A DNA stretch of 64,000 bases, from positions 62,001 through 126,000 of the forward strand of contig JAUCBJ010001864.1 of assembly GCA_032718475.1 (NCBI GenBank). Direction: 5' to 3'. The notes under the pieces were generated by a model. That model did not search any database and was not told the origin of the DNA. It was given only the letters and a program-made list of their open reading frames with translations. Of the stretch, positions 12,201 to 25,715 are shown in pieces. Both the position numbers and the translations under genes were made by a program. This DNA comes from Nemertoderma westbladi (lineage: Eukaryota; Animalia; Xenacoelomorpha). How positions within the stretch are numbered: position 1 is the first letter of the stretch; every line of letters starts with the position of its first letter.

Positions 12201-15200
12201 GGTTCGACTTTATGTGACATAATCGTGGCGATATAGGCGGGGATTGGGTTCGACTTTATGTGACATAATCGTGGCGATATAGGCGGGGATTGGGTTCGAC
12301 TTTATGTGACATAATCGTGTCGATATAGGCGGGGATTGGGTTCGTCTTTATGTGACATAATCGTGTCGATATAGGCGGGGATTGGGTTCGACTTTATGTG
12401 ACATAATCGTGGCGATATAGGCGGGGATTGGGTTCGACATTATGTGACATAATCGTGGCGATATAGGCGGGGATTGGGTTCGTCTTTATGTGACATAATC
12501 GTGACGATATAGGCGGGGATTGGGTTCGACTTTATGTGACATAATCGTGTCGATATAGGCGGGGATTGGGTTCGACTTTATGTGACATAATCGTGGCGAT
12601 ATAGGCGGGGATTGGGTTCGACTTTATGTGACATAATCGTGGCGATATAGGCGGGGATTGGGTTCGACTTTATGTGACATAATCGTGTCGATATAGGCGG
12701 GGATTTGGTTCGTCTTTATGTGACATAATCGTGTCGATATAGGCGGGGATTGGGTTCGACTTTATGTGACATAATCGTGTCGATATAGGCGGGGATTGGG
12801 TTCGACTTTATGTAACATAATCAATCGTGACGATATAGGCGAGGGGGGATTGGGTTCGACTTTATGTGACATAATCGTGGCGATATAGGCGGGGATTGGG
12901 TTCGACTTTATGTGACATAATCGTGTCGATATAGGCGGGGATTGGGTTCGACTTTATGTAACATAATCAATCGTGACGATATAGGCGAGGGGGGATTGGG
13001 TTCGACTTTATGTGACATAATCGTGGCGATATAGGCGGGGATTGGGTTCGACTTTATGTGACATAATCGTGTCGATATAGGCGGGGATTGGGTTCGACTT
13101 TATGTAACATAATCAATCGTGACGATATAGGCGAGGGGGGATTGGGTTCGACTTTATGTGACATAATCGTGGCGATATAGGCGGGGATTGGGTTCGACTT
13201 TATGTGACATAATCGTGTCGATATAGGCGGGGATTGGGTTCGACTTTATGTAACATAATCAATCGTGACGATATAGGCGAGGGGGGATTGGGTTCGACTT
13301 TATGTGACATAATCGTGGCGATATAGGCGGGGATTGGGTTCGACTTTATGTGACATAATCGTGGCGATATAGGCGGGGATTGGGTTCGACTTTATGTGAC
13401 ATAATCGTGTCGATATAGGCGGGGATTGGGTTCGACTTTATGTAACATAATCAATCGTGACGATATAGGCGAGGGGGGATTGGGTTCGACTTTATGTGAC
13501 ATAATCGTGGCGATATAGGCGGGGATTGGGTTCGTCTTTATGTGACATAATCGTGTCGATATAGGCGGGGATTGGGTTCGACTTTATGCGACACAATCGT
13601 GGCGATATAGGCGGGGATTGGGTTCGACTTTATGTGACATAATCGTGTCGATATAGGCGGGGATTGGGTTCGTCTTTATGTGACATAATCGTGGCGATAT
13701 AGGCGGGGATTGGTTCGACTTTATGTGACATAATCGTGGCGATATAGGCGGGGATTGGGTTCGACTTTATGCGACACAATCGTGGCGATATAGGCGGGGA
13801 TTGGGTTCGACTTTATGTGACATAATCGTGGCGATATAGGCGGGGATTGGGTTCGACTTTATGTGACATAATCGTGGCGATATAGGCGGGGATTGGGTTC
13901 GACTTTATGTGACATAATCGTGTCGATATAGGCGGGGATTGGGTTCGACTTTATGTGACATAATCGTGGCGATATAGGCGGGGATTGGGTTCGACTTTAT
14001 GTGACATAATCGTGGCGATATAGGCGGGGATTGGGTTCGACTTTATGTGACATAATCGTGGCGATATAGGCGGGGATTGGGTTCGTCTTTATGTGACATA
14101 ATCGTGTCGATATAGGTGGGGATTGGGTTCGACTTTAGGCGACATAATCGTGGCAATATAGGCGGGGATTGGGTTCGACTTTATGTGACATAATCGTAGC
14201 GATATAGGCGGGGATTGTGTTCGACTTTATGTGACATAATCGTGTCGATATAGGCGGGGATTGGGTTCGTCTTTATGTGACATAATCGTGGCGATATAGG
14301 CGGGGATTGTGTTCGACTTTATGTGACATAATCGTGGCGATATAGGCGGGGATTTGGTTCAACTTTATGTGACATAATCGTGGCGATATAGGTGGGGATT
14401 GGGTTCGACTTTAGGCGACATAATCGTGGCGATATAGGCGGGGATTGGGTTCGACTTTAGGCGACATAATCGTGGCAATATAGGCGGGGATTGGGTTCGA
14501 CTTTATGTGACATAATCGTAGCGATATAGGCGGGGATTGTGTTCGACTTTATGTGACATAATCGTAGCGATATAGGCGGGGATTGTGTTCGACTTTATGT
14601 GACATAATCGTGTCGATATAGGTGGGGATTGGGTTCGACTTTAGGCGACATAATCGTGGCAATATAGGCGGGGATTGGGTTCGACTTTATGTGACATAAT
14701 CGTAGCGATATAGGCGGGGATTGGGTTCGACTTTATGCGACACAATCGTGGCGATATAGGCGGGGATTGTGTTCGTCTTTATGTGACATAATCGTGTCGA
14801 TATAGGCGGGGATTGGGTTCGACTTTATGCGACACAATCGTGGCGATATAGGCGGGGATTGGGTTCGACTTTATGTGACATAATCGTGTCGATATAGGCG
14901 GGGATTGGGTTCGACTTTATGCGACACAATCGTGGCGATATAGGCGGGGATTTGGTTCGACTTTATGTGACATAATCGTGTCGATATAGGTGGGGATTGG
15001 GTTCGACTTTAGGCGACATAATCGTGGCGATATAGGCGGGGATTGGGTTCGACTTTATGTGACATAATCGTAGCGATATAGGCGGGGATTGGGTTCGACT
15101 TTATGTGACATAATCGTGTCGATATAGGCGGGGATTGGGTTCGACTTTATGCGACACAATCGTGGCGATATAGGCGGGGATTGGGTTCGACTTTATGTGA

Positions 15201-18200
15201 CATAATCGTGTCGATATAGGCGGGGATTGGGTTCGACTTTATGCGACACAATCGTGGCGATATAGGCGGGGATTGGGTTCGTCTTTATGTGACATAATCG
15301 TGTCGATATAGGCGGGGATTGGGTTCGACTTTATGTGACATAATCGTGTCGATATAGGCGGGGATTGGGTTCGACTTTATGTGACATAATCGTGGCGATA
15401 TAGGCGGGGATTGGGTTCGACTTTATGTGACATAATCGTGGCGATATAGGCGGGGATTGGGTTCGACTTTATGTGACATAATCGTGTCGATATAGGCGGG
15501 GATTGGGTTCGACTTTATGTAACATAATCAATCGTGACGATATAGGCGAGGGGGGATTGGGTTCGACTTTATGTGACATAATCGTGGCGATATAGGCGGG
15601 GATTGGGTTCGTCTTTATGTGACATAATCGTGTCGATATAGGCGGGGATTGGGTTCGACTTTATGCGACACAATCGTGGCGATATAGGCGGGGATTGGGT
15701 TCGACTTTATGTGACATAATCGTGTCGATATAGGCGGGGATTGGGTTCGTCTTTATGTGACATAATCGTGGCGATATAGGCGGGGATTTGGTTCGACTTT
15801 ATGTGACATAATCGTGGCGATATAGGCGGGGATTGGGTTCGACTTTATGCGACACAATCGTGGCGATATAGGCGGGGATTGGGTTCGACTTTATGTGACA
15901 TAATCGTGGCGATATAGGCGGGGATTGGGTTCGTCTTTATGTGACATAATCGTGACGATATAGGCGGGGATTGGGTTCGACTTTATGTGACATAATCGTG
16001 GCGATATAGGCGGGGATTGGGTTCGACTTTATGTGACATAATCGTGTCGATATAGGCGGGGATTGGGTTCGTCTTTATGTGACATAATCGTGTCGATATA
16101 GGTGGGGATTGGGTTCGACTTTAGGCGACATAATCGTGGCAATATAGGCGGGGATTGGGTTCGACTTTATGTGACATAATCGTAGCGATATAGGCGGGGA
16201 TTGTGTTCGACTTTATGTGACATAATCGTGTCGATATAGGCGGGGATTGGGTTCGTCTTTATGTGACATAATCGTGGCGATATAGGCGGGGATTGGGTTC
16301 GACTTTATGTGACACAATCGTGGCGATATAGGCGGGGATTGGGTTCGACTTTATGTGACATAATCGTGTCGATATAGGCGGGGATTTGGTTCGACTTTAT
16401 GTGACATAATCGTGACGATATAGGCGGGGATTGGGTTCGACTTTATGTGACATAATCGTGACGATATAGGCGGGGATTGGGTTCGTCTTTATGTGACATA
16501 ATCGTGTCGATATAGGTGGGGATTGGGTTCGACTTTAGGCGACATAATCGTGGCAATATAGGCGGGGATTGGGTTCGACTTTATGTGACATAATCGTAGC
16601 GATATAGGCGGGGATTGTGTTCGACTTTATGTGACATAATCGTGTCGATATAGGCGGGGATTGGGTTCGTCTTTATGTGACATAATCGTGGCGATATAGG
16701 CGGGGATTGGGTTCGACTTTATGTGACATAATCGTGTCGATATAGGCGGGGATTGGGTTCGTCTTTATGTGACATAATCGTGTCGATATAGGTGGGGATT
16801 GGGTTCGACTTTAGGCGACATAATCGTGGCAATATAGGCGGGGATTGGGTTCGACTTTATGTGACATAATCGTAGCGATATAGGCGGGGATTTGGTTCGA
16901 CATTATGTGACATAATCGTGGCGATATAGGCGGGGATTGGGTTCGACTTTATGTGACATAATCGTGACGATATAGGCGGGATTGGGTTCGACTTTATGTG
17001 ACATAATCGTAGCGATATAGGCGGGGATTGGGTTCGACATTATGTGACATAATCGTGGCGATATAGGCGGGGATTGGGTTCGACTTTAGGCGACATAATC
17101 GTGGCAATATAGGCGGGGATTGGGTTCGACTTTATGTGACATAATCGTAGCGATATAGGCGGGGATTTGGTTCGACATTATGTGACATAATCGTGGCGAT
17201 ATAGGCGGGGATTGGGTTCGACTTTAGGCGACATAATCGTGGCAATATAGGCGGGGATTGGGTTCGACTTTATGTGACATAATCGTAGCGATATAGGCGG
17301 GGATTGTGTTCGACTTTATGTGACATAATCGTGTCGATATAGGCGGGGATTGGGTTCGTCTTTATGTGACATAATCGTGGCGATATAGGCGGGGATTGGG
17401 TTCGACTTTATGCGACACAATCGTGGCGATATAGGCGGGGATTGGGTTCGACTTTATGTGACATAATCGTGTCGATATAGGCGGGGATTTGGTTCGACTT
17501 TATGTGACATAATCGTGGCAATATAGGCGGGGATTGGGTTCGACTTTATGTGACATAATCGTAGCGATATAGGCGGGGATTTGGTTCGACATTATGTGAC
17601 ATAATCGTGGCGATATAGGCGGGGATTGGGTTCGTCTTTATGTGACATAATCGTGTCGATATAGGTGGGGATTGGGTTCGACTTTAGGCGACATAATCGT
17701 GGCAATATAGGCGGGGATTGGGTTCGACTTTATGTGACATAATCGTAGCGATATAGGCGGGGATTGTGTTCGACTTTATGTGACATAATCGTGTCGATAT
17801 AGGCGGGGATTGGGTTCGTCTTTATGTGACATAATCGTGGCGATATAGGCGGGGATTGGGTTCGACTTTATGTGACATAATCGTGTCGATATAGGCGGGG
17901 ATTGGGTTCGTCTTTATGTGACATAATCGTGTCGATATAGGTGGGGATTGGGTTCGACTTTATGTGACATAATCGTGGCGATATAGGCGGGATTGGGTTC
18001 GTCTTTATGTGACATAATCGTGTCGATATAGGTGGGGATTGGGTTCGACTTTATGCGACATAATCGTGGCAATATAGGCGGGGATTGGGTTCGACTTTAT
18101 GTGACATAATCGTGTCGATATAGGCGGGGATTGGGTTCGTCTTTATGTGACATAATCGTGTCGATATAGGTGGGGATTGGGTTCGACTTTATGCGACATA

Positions 18201-19657
18201 ATCGTGGCAATATAGGCGGGGATTGGGTTCGACTTTATGTGACATAATCGTAGCGATATAGGCGGGGATTTGGTTCGACATTATGTGACATAATCGTGGC
18301 GATATAGGCGGGGATTGGGTTCGACTTTATGTGACATAATCGTGACGATATAGGCGGGGATTGGGTTCGTCTTTATGTGACATAATCGTGGCGATATAGG
18401 CGGGGATTGGGTTCGACTTTATGTGACATAATCGTGGCGATATAGGCGGGGATTTGGTTCGACTTTATGTGACATAATCGTGGCAATATAGGCGGGGATT
18501 GGGTTCGACTTTATGTGACATAATCGTAGCGATATAGGCGGGGATTTGGTTCGACATTATGTGACATAATCGTGGCGATATAGGCGGGGATTGGGTTCGT
18601 CTTTATGTGACATAATCGTGTCGATATAGGTGGGGATTGGGTTCGACTTTAGGCGACATAATCGTGGCAATATAGGCGGGGATTGGGTTCGACTTTATGT
18701 GACATAATCGTAGCGATATAGGCGGGGATTGTGTTCGACTTTATGTGACATAATCGTGTCGATATAGGCGGGGATTGGGTTCGTCTTTATGTGACATAAT
18801 CGTGGCGATATAGGCGGGGATTGGGTTCGACTTTATGTGACATAATCGTGTCGATATAGGCGGGGATTGGGTTCGTCTTTATGTGACATAATCGTGTCGA
18901 TATAGGTGGGGATTGGGTTCGACTTTAGGCGACATAATCGTGGCAATATAGGCGGGGATTGGGTTCGACTTTATGTGACATAATCGTAGCGATATAGGCG
19001 GGGATTTGGTTCGACATTATGTGACATAATCGTGGCGATATAGGCGGGGATTGGGTTCGACTTTATGTGACATAATCGTGACGATATAGGCGGGGATTGG
19101 GTTCGTCTCTATGTGACATAATCGTGGCGATATAGGCGGGGATTGGGTTCGACTTTATGTGACATAATCGTGGCGATATAGGCGGGGATTTGGTTCGACT
19201 TTATGTGACATAATCGTGGCGATATAGGCGGGGATTTGGTTCGACATTATGTGACATAATCGTGGCGATATAGGCGGGGATTGGGTTCGACTTTATGTGA
19301 CATAATCGTGACGATATAGGCGGGATTGGGTTCGACTTTAGGCGACATAATCGTGGCAATATAGGCGGGGATTGGGTTCGACTTTATGTGACATAATCGT
19401 AGCGATATAGGCGGGGATTGTGTTCGACTTTATGTGACATAATCGTGTCGATATAGGCGGGGATTGGGTTCGTCTTTATGTGACATAATCGTGGCGATAT
19501 AGGCGGGGATTGGGTTCGACTTTATGTGACATAATCGTGGCGATATAGGCGGGGATTTGGTTCGACTTTATGTGACATAATCGTGGCGATATAGGCGGGG
19601 ATTGGTTCGACTTTATGCGACATAATCGTGACGATATAGGCGGGGATTGGGTTCGAA
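6271..19657. repeat. 46-bp tandem satellite (about 290 copies, 13.4 kb) filling an ENOX intron
   Basis: Unit GACTTTATGTGACATAATCGTGGCGATATAGGCGGGGATTGGGTTC with 46-bp period; variant units form higher-order blocks. Confidence 0.98.
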
Positions 19658-19739
19658 CTCGATTGGGTATGAACTATAACCATAGTGGCACATATCCCAC
19701 ATTGACACTGACTCATAGAAACATTTACTTTTCCTACAG

Positions 19740-20076
19740 ACCATGGATGACAAGGGACTACAGGTTGCTTCCTTGCAGCAGACTTTACGAGGTTTACAAA
19801 AAAAGTTGTTAGAAACTCAGAAAGAAAAAGAAAAGTTGTCCATCGCGCTGAAGAAAAAGGCGTCGAAAGTAGATGGAGAAGAAGATACAACCGAGTCCGC
19901 GGAAGAGGAACCGTCTGTACTTAAGTTGGACCAATCGCAGGCCTTATTGGTCGGAGTCATAGCAACCTTCCTTAACGTCCATCCAATGGGCGCCTCGGTG
20001 GACTACATCTGGAGTTACTTGAAACAATTACGGCTGGATTCACGGCTGGCGCTGAGTGCTTTGGAGGAGTTGTTAG
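19740..20076 (+). CDS. ENOX: ENOX coding exon
   Basis: ttcctacAG acceptor and GTttgt donor; ALLVGVIATFLNVHPMGASVDYIWSYL matches the ENOX C-terminal ALLVGIISTFLHVHPFGASIEYICSYL. Confidence 0.92.
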
Positions 20077-20487
20077 GTTTGTGGACTTCCTACTAATCAG
20101 TACAAAAATAATTATTAATATAGTTTTACTGTTTTATTATAATTATATTTTTTTAATAAGAATAATATAACGCAGGTTTCGTGTCATAATATATTGATAT
20201 TAATATATTTTATTAATATATTGATTTATTAATTAGACAACCCCATAGCCAAAACCCAGCGCCACCTTGCAGTTATGACATTTGAGTAATTACCGTCTTC
20301 TGATGTCAAGCTACTGATCAGCCGGGATTGCATTTACACCGCGATCCCGATTGTTCAGGATCGGGATCCGGTTTAAACACTAGCTCTACCATTAATAGTT
20401 CGCCATGAGGCTTCTTGTATTCTATGTTTTTGAAAGGTTTTTCATAGGTCGTTTTTTAATATTTTAATTTCCATTTTATTATTCCAG

Positions 20488-20588
20488 CGAATCTACCAGA
20501 TGTTTTCACATTACATACCAGCGGCGTCGGCGCGAGTATTGAAAAACGCTGGAAATTCTGCGGCTACAGCACGTTGGACGATAACTAA
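20488..20588 (+). CDS. ENOX: ENOX terminal coding exon
   Basis: attccAG acceptor, phase compatible; NLPDVFTLHTSGVGASIEKRWKFCGYSTLDDN* matches the ENOX end GVGASLEKRWKFCGF; TAA at 20586-88. Confidence 0.92.
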
Positions 20589-23169
20589 ATGGAAACCTTC
20601 CCTTATTGGCTGAGTTTCATGTCTATATTAAACTGTTACCATAGTTACAACAGGTAAGTAATTGTGGCGAACTGAACGGGAGCAAGAGATACTGTGAAAG
20701 TCGATAAGGGTAACTGAGGGAGGATAGCCGTGAGTCGTCGTAACTGTAACTCGTAAACTACAACGGCAAACTAATATTACCTGGTCTGCTGTCACCTCTA
20801 TTTATAACTCAGACACCAAAAAGCCTCTCATAAGTCTTCAAAGTTAGTATTGTTAAAATTTATTTCAGATTTTGAGGATGGTTGAACTGTAAATTATTGG
20901 ATCTATAATTAGCGGTATATCGTAAGTTTTCTGGTTTGCGTCGCAGAAAACATTGAGGCTAAGTTACCAGGAGCGAGTGTTTTTATATCGCGTTTGATTT
21001 CTGTAAATTATGAAATTGCGTAAACCCACATTTAACCCAAAATGCCGATATGTTTTCTGTAAGTAAACTTGTTTTAGAGATAATAAAGAAGATATTGTGT
21101 TTTTGTGGTATCGCATAATTTGCGATGATATATTTTAATTAATTGTTATGGTACCAAATGCTTTGCATTTTAGGTTTTCTGTGAATTCGAATTTGTTATG
21201 TATAAATGCTTGATTGGTGTTTCGACTATTTTTAATGTTGAATTATATTTCTGTTCTACAATCAATAAGTTTTTGGCAACGTGCGGCTGTCACAATGAAT
21301 CAGTTGTGTTTATTGAAAGGGATCAGACTTTTACGGGATTTCTACTCTTTTTAGGATCGGTATTGAAATGTTGATTACTTGATGGTTTACTGACAATTTG
21401 TTTGGATATAATAATCAATACATATCTGTTCTGGCACAACCTATTTATGTGACGGGATCACAGGATCCCGACCGGTTTGTAGTTTATGTACGCGTCCCCG
21501 CCGTGTAAGTGAAAAGGGTTCCTTTGTTGTTCCGATTAATATTGATGGGTATAAAAATGTAGTATACAATGGACAGATAGATAGCACAATTGAAGTACAG
21601 AATAATTCACTGTAAATCTAATGGTGACCCCGGTGACGGTTACAAAGTGTTACCGTCCTGCCCTAACTGACTGAGCAACTGAGTAAACTAACCAAATAAA
21701 TGAAACACCAACCGGTAATATACACTATGTTGGCCTTATTACTTAGCTGATGCCTTCCTATTGGTTGATAACCCAATTATCGGCTCCCACCTCTGTGGGA
21801 GTGTTTCCCCCCCCCCCCCCCCCCCCCCCGCTACTGTCACTTTCCTTCTCCCGGAGGTGTAACCTCTGACCCCCATTGTGTACGGCCCTTTGGGGTTTGT
21901 CGTCCCCGTTTATTGGGGGTGATACGAGGTTGATTGGTAATCAACCTCGTGTTGTCCAATATTGCTTAAAGGCACCGTTTCCCAACTTTATGGGGTGGTT
22001 AGCGGAATTGAATCCGCTAACAATTTATCTGATATTCAAGTAATTTACTCCACTATTTGTACTACGGGATCCCGTTCCAAAAACGTCGGGGCCGGGATTA
22101 TATTTTAAGCCGGCATCCATACTTGATTTAAGTTGAAGATAAAATCATTCAAGTCGAAAATCAATCCTTTTTTGGAAGGTTGGTTCCTATTTTTAAGTAG
22201 CGATGTAGGTAGGGGGAATTATTGGGAAGGGCCATATTGTCTAACATTGATTAAGAGTATTTATTTGGATTAGAGATGTTGGGCACGGATTAAATTCTGT
22301 TTTTTTTTTAATCAATAATAGATTTTAATATATATTGGAAAAATAATACCCTAAAATGTATTGTAGCAATGGGGTGAAATGATTGATTGATTGATTACGA
22401 TTTTGATTTTTTGCATGTTTATGCGAGGGTATGTTCAAGTTGGGTGCGTTTTTTCGTACACTAACTCGCCGTTTAAATTGCTTTTATTTGAAAGAAATTC
22501 AGTAATTAATATTCTGTCATGGAACTTTATAGTAATATTATTCCTTAAAGATTATAATATAGTTAGGCGTCTATAGTATTAGTATTAATATTGAATTCGG
22601 CGCTGTATACGTTAAACACTGAAAGTATTACGAGCAAAAAAAGGTAAGTTGGTTTTAGTTACTAGAACACATTCACTCCGCATTTCAGTTTGTAAACATA
22701 GAACAGATTTACATAATGGTCATTAACAGGAAACGGACGCCTCTATTAGCAGCAGTAAGCTACTGCGCTCTGTTCACCAGCAACCAACTGAGCATCAACA
22801 AGGTAGGATAAATAATAGTCAAAAATGTATATATACGTGCCCGTGTCCGTCAGCGAAAGGGATCAATATGTCTAAAATATGGTTTTTCACTCCAGACACC
22901 TTATTTTCTCAAATGAGTATAATAGTTCACCAACCTGGAAAACCACCAGCTATCAAAGTGTATGAGGGTTTGAGCTTTTAGACTGACAGCACGACAAACA
23001 TGCAATCGTACAGTGTGTGGTACAGACATTGTAGGAAGATGCCGTCAAACTCTAAAAATTGACATCGAAAATTAATTCACCGACCTCCGATATTCCAGTA
23101 TATTTGGGGAAATGAGATTATCTGAAATTGATCCGATTCTATGAGTGGTCACGATTCGCGATAGTATTA

Positions 23170-24651
23170 CTACTACTACTACTACTAGGATCGGCATGCT
23201 GCATTGCAGCTGCATTTTTAAGAATGCTGTGCCGGCTTGTCAACAAAATTGCACCGCCACAACTCCCTATCACCCATGACATTTGCTAGATCATCCGCAT
23301 CTTTAAGGCCAGTGTCCTTTAAGATGCGTCTCAAGAAAGTCATGGGCTGTCCACCATGCTTATTCACTCCATGAGGCTGCCAAAGTACAAGATTATGCAC
23401 TGGCTGGTCCTCACGGCGAAAGCAATGTCCTGCAAAGCGGAGGCGATTTTGTTCTAGTGTCAAGCTTGGGGGAACCAATGAGACACCTCCAATGTTATAT
23501 AGTGTCTGGTTGGAGATGTGTGCATTGTACTTGACACAATGTACCCGGCGTAGCATTCTTGTGAATGTGCCATCCAGAGATTTGGTGTCCTCAGCAGTTA
23601 GAGCCCAGCATGGACTCCCGTAGAGGAGTACTGGAACTACTGCTGCTCTGAATAATCGGACCTTAAGTTTTCGATTAATTCTAGGTGACTTCCAAATCCT
23701 GGAAAGCCTATTCAAGGCTGCCCATGCCTTTCCCTTACGTATTCGAAGGTCCTCACCTGACTTCCGGATCCATGATCCCAGGTAACAGAAGTCGTCCACA
23801 TGCTCAAGCATACCATCCTTTGAGCTTATGCTCATCCGATCAGAGACTTGCTGAGGACTTTCAAAGTTAACTGTCAGAATTTTGGTCTTTCTGGAGTTAA
23901 TAAAAAGACCAACACTAGAAGCAGCATGTTCTAATGAGCTGAGGAGCCGCTGGGCTCCCTCTAATGATTCTGAGAGTACTCCTAAGTCATCAGCAAAGTC
24001 TAGATCAGTTAGGTACTTGGCAGGATTTCCTCGACTTCTGGAGCCAGTAGGTGGAGTTATCATCACCCCATCATCATTATGATGATCTAAGGACATGCGT
24101 AGAACATAGTCAACCACAATAATGAACAAGAATGGTGCAAGTGTGTCTCCTTGGAGGACGCCCCATAACACTTCAAATGGTTCTGTGTCACCATCAACAG
24201 TAGACACAAATGTTGTCGAACCATCGTATACTGATCTGATTGCTGCAATAATTTCATCAGGAATCCCATATAATGAAAGTATGCTGAACATACGTGAGCG
24301 AGAGACTGAATCAAAGGCCTTGAAGAAGTCAACAAAGATAACAGCCAGATGCCTGTCTTTCTTTTTTGATAACTCTTCAATTATCCTTCTAAGTGCCAAA
24401 ATGGGCTCCATGGTCCCACGACCTTTACGGAACCCATTCTGATTTCCACGTAGCAGTCTCTCAATGGGATCCCTGATGCGATTTAATAGAATTCTATTGT
24501 ATAGTTTTGCAGCAATCGAGATCAATGAGATTCCCCGAAAAGAACCATAGAGTGTTAGGTTGCCCTTCTTGGGAACTGGCACCAACTTATTTGTTTTCAT
24601 TTCTTGTGGGACTCTTGTTGTACGGTACATGTCTACTATGATGGGATAGAT
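23170..24651 (-). mobile_element. 5'-truncated RTE-clade LINE with (TAG)n tail and 8-bp TSD
   Basis: TSD TAGTATTA at 23162-69 and 24652-59; (CTA)6 on + strand is the 3' tail; very short 3' UTR; RT ORF. Confidence 0.9.
23218..24630 (-). CDS. RTE LINE reverse transcriptase, C-terminal part of the ORF, uninterrupted
   Basis: RGISL, QNGFR, FVDFFKAFDSV, GVLQGDTLAPFLF, LDFADD, FCYLGS and the RTE-type VLLYGS..W / RLRFAGH tail; no endonuclease domain (truncated). Confidence 0.9.
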   Translation of the reverse strand: MYRTTRVPQEMKTNKLVPVPKKGNLTLYGSFRGISLISIAAKLYNRILLNRIRDPIERLLRGNQNGFRKGRGTMEPILALRRIIEELSKKKDRHLAVIFVDFFKAFDSVSRSRMFSILSLYGIPDEIIAAIRSVYDGSTTFVSTVDGDTEPFEVLWGVLQGDTLAPFLFIIVVDYVLRMSLDHHNDDGVMITPPTGSRSRGNPAKYLTDLDFADDLGVLSESLEGAQRLLSSLEHAASSVGLFINSRKTKILTVNFESPQQVSDRMSISSKDGMLEHVDDFCYLGSWIRKSGEDLRIRKGKAWAALNRLSRIWKSPRINRKLKVRLFRAAVVPVLLYGSPCWALTAEDTKSLDGTFTRMLRRVHCVKYNAHISNQTLYNIGGVSLVPPSLTLEQNRLRFAGHCFRREDQPVHNLVLWQPHGVNKHGGQPMTFLRRILKDTGLKDADDLANVMGDRELWRCNFVDKPAQHS

Positions 24652-25715
24652 TAGTATTAGTATGGGAGCTGAATCCGATTCTATGAGTGGTCACGATTCG
24701 CGATAGTATTAGTATGGGAGCTGAATCCGATTCTATGAGTGGTCACGATTCGCGATAGTATTAGTATGGGAGCTGAATCCGATTCTATGAGTGGTCACGA
24801 TTCGCGATAGTATTAGTATGGGAGCTGAATCCGATTCTATGAGTGGTCACGATTCGCGATAGTATTAGTATGGGAGCTGAATCCGATTCTATGAGTGGTC
24901 ACGATTCGCGATAGTATTAGTATGGGAGCTGAATCCGATTCTATGAGTGGTCACGATTCGCGATAGTATTAGTATGGGAGCTGAATCCGATTCTATGAGT
25001 GGTCACGATTCGCGATAGTATTAGTATGGGAGCTGAATCCGATTCTATGAGTGGTCACGATTCGCGATAGTATTAGTATGGGAGCTGAATCCGATTCTAT
25101 GAGTGGTCACAATTCGCGATAGTATTAGTATGGGAGCTGAATCCGATTCTATGAGTGGTCACGATTCGCGATAGTATTAGTATGGGAGCTGAATCCGATT
25201 CTATGAGTGGTCACGATTCGCGATAGTATTAGTATGGGAGCTGAATCCGATTCTATGAGTGGTCACGATTCGCGATAGTATTAGTATGGGAGCTGAATCC
25301 GATTCTATGAGTGGTCACGATTCGCGATAGTATTAGTATGGGAGCTGAATCCGATTCTATGAGTGGTCACGATTCGCGATAGTATTAGTATGGGAGCTGA
25401 ATCCGATTCTATGAGTGGTCACGATTCGCGATAGTATTAGTATGGGAGCTGAATCCGATTCTATGAGTGGTCACGATTCGCGATAGTATTAGTATGGGAG
25501 CTGAATCCGATTCTATGAGTGGTCACGATTCGCGATAGTATTAGTATGGGAGCTGAATCCGATTCTATGAGTGGTCACGATTCGCGATAGTATTAGTATG
25601 GGAGCTGAATCCGATTCTATGAGTGGTCACGATTCGCGATAGTATTAGTATGGGGAGCTGAATCCGATTCTATGAGTGGTCACGATTCGCGATAGTATTA
25701 GTATGGGAGCTGAAT
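24652..25715. repeat. 52-bp tandem array (about 20 near-identical copies); first partial unit at 23131-23169 is separated from it by the LINE
   Basis: Unit GAATCCGATTCTATGAGTGGTCACGATTCGCGATAGTATTAGTATGGGAGCT. Confidence 0.96.
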
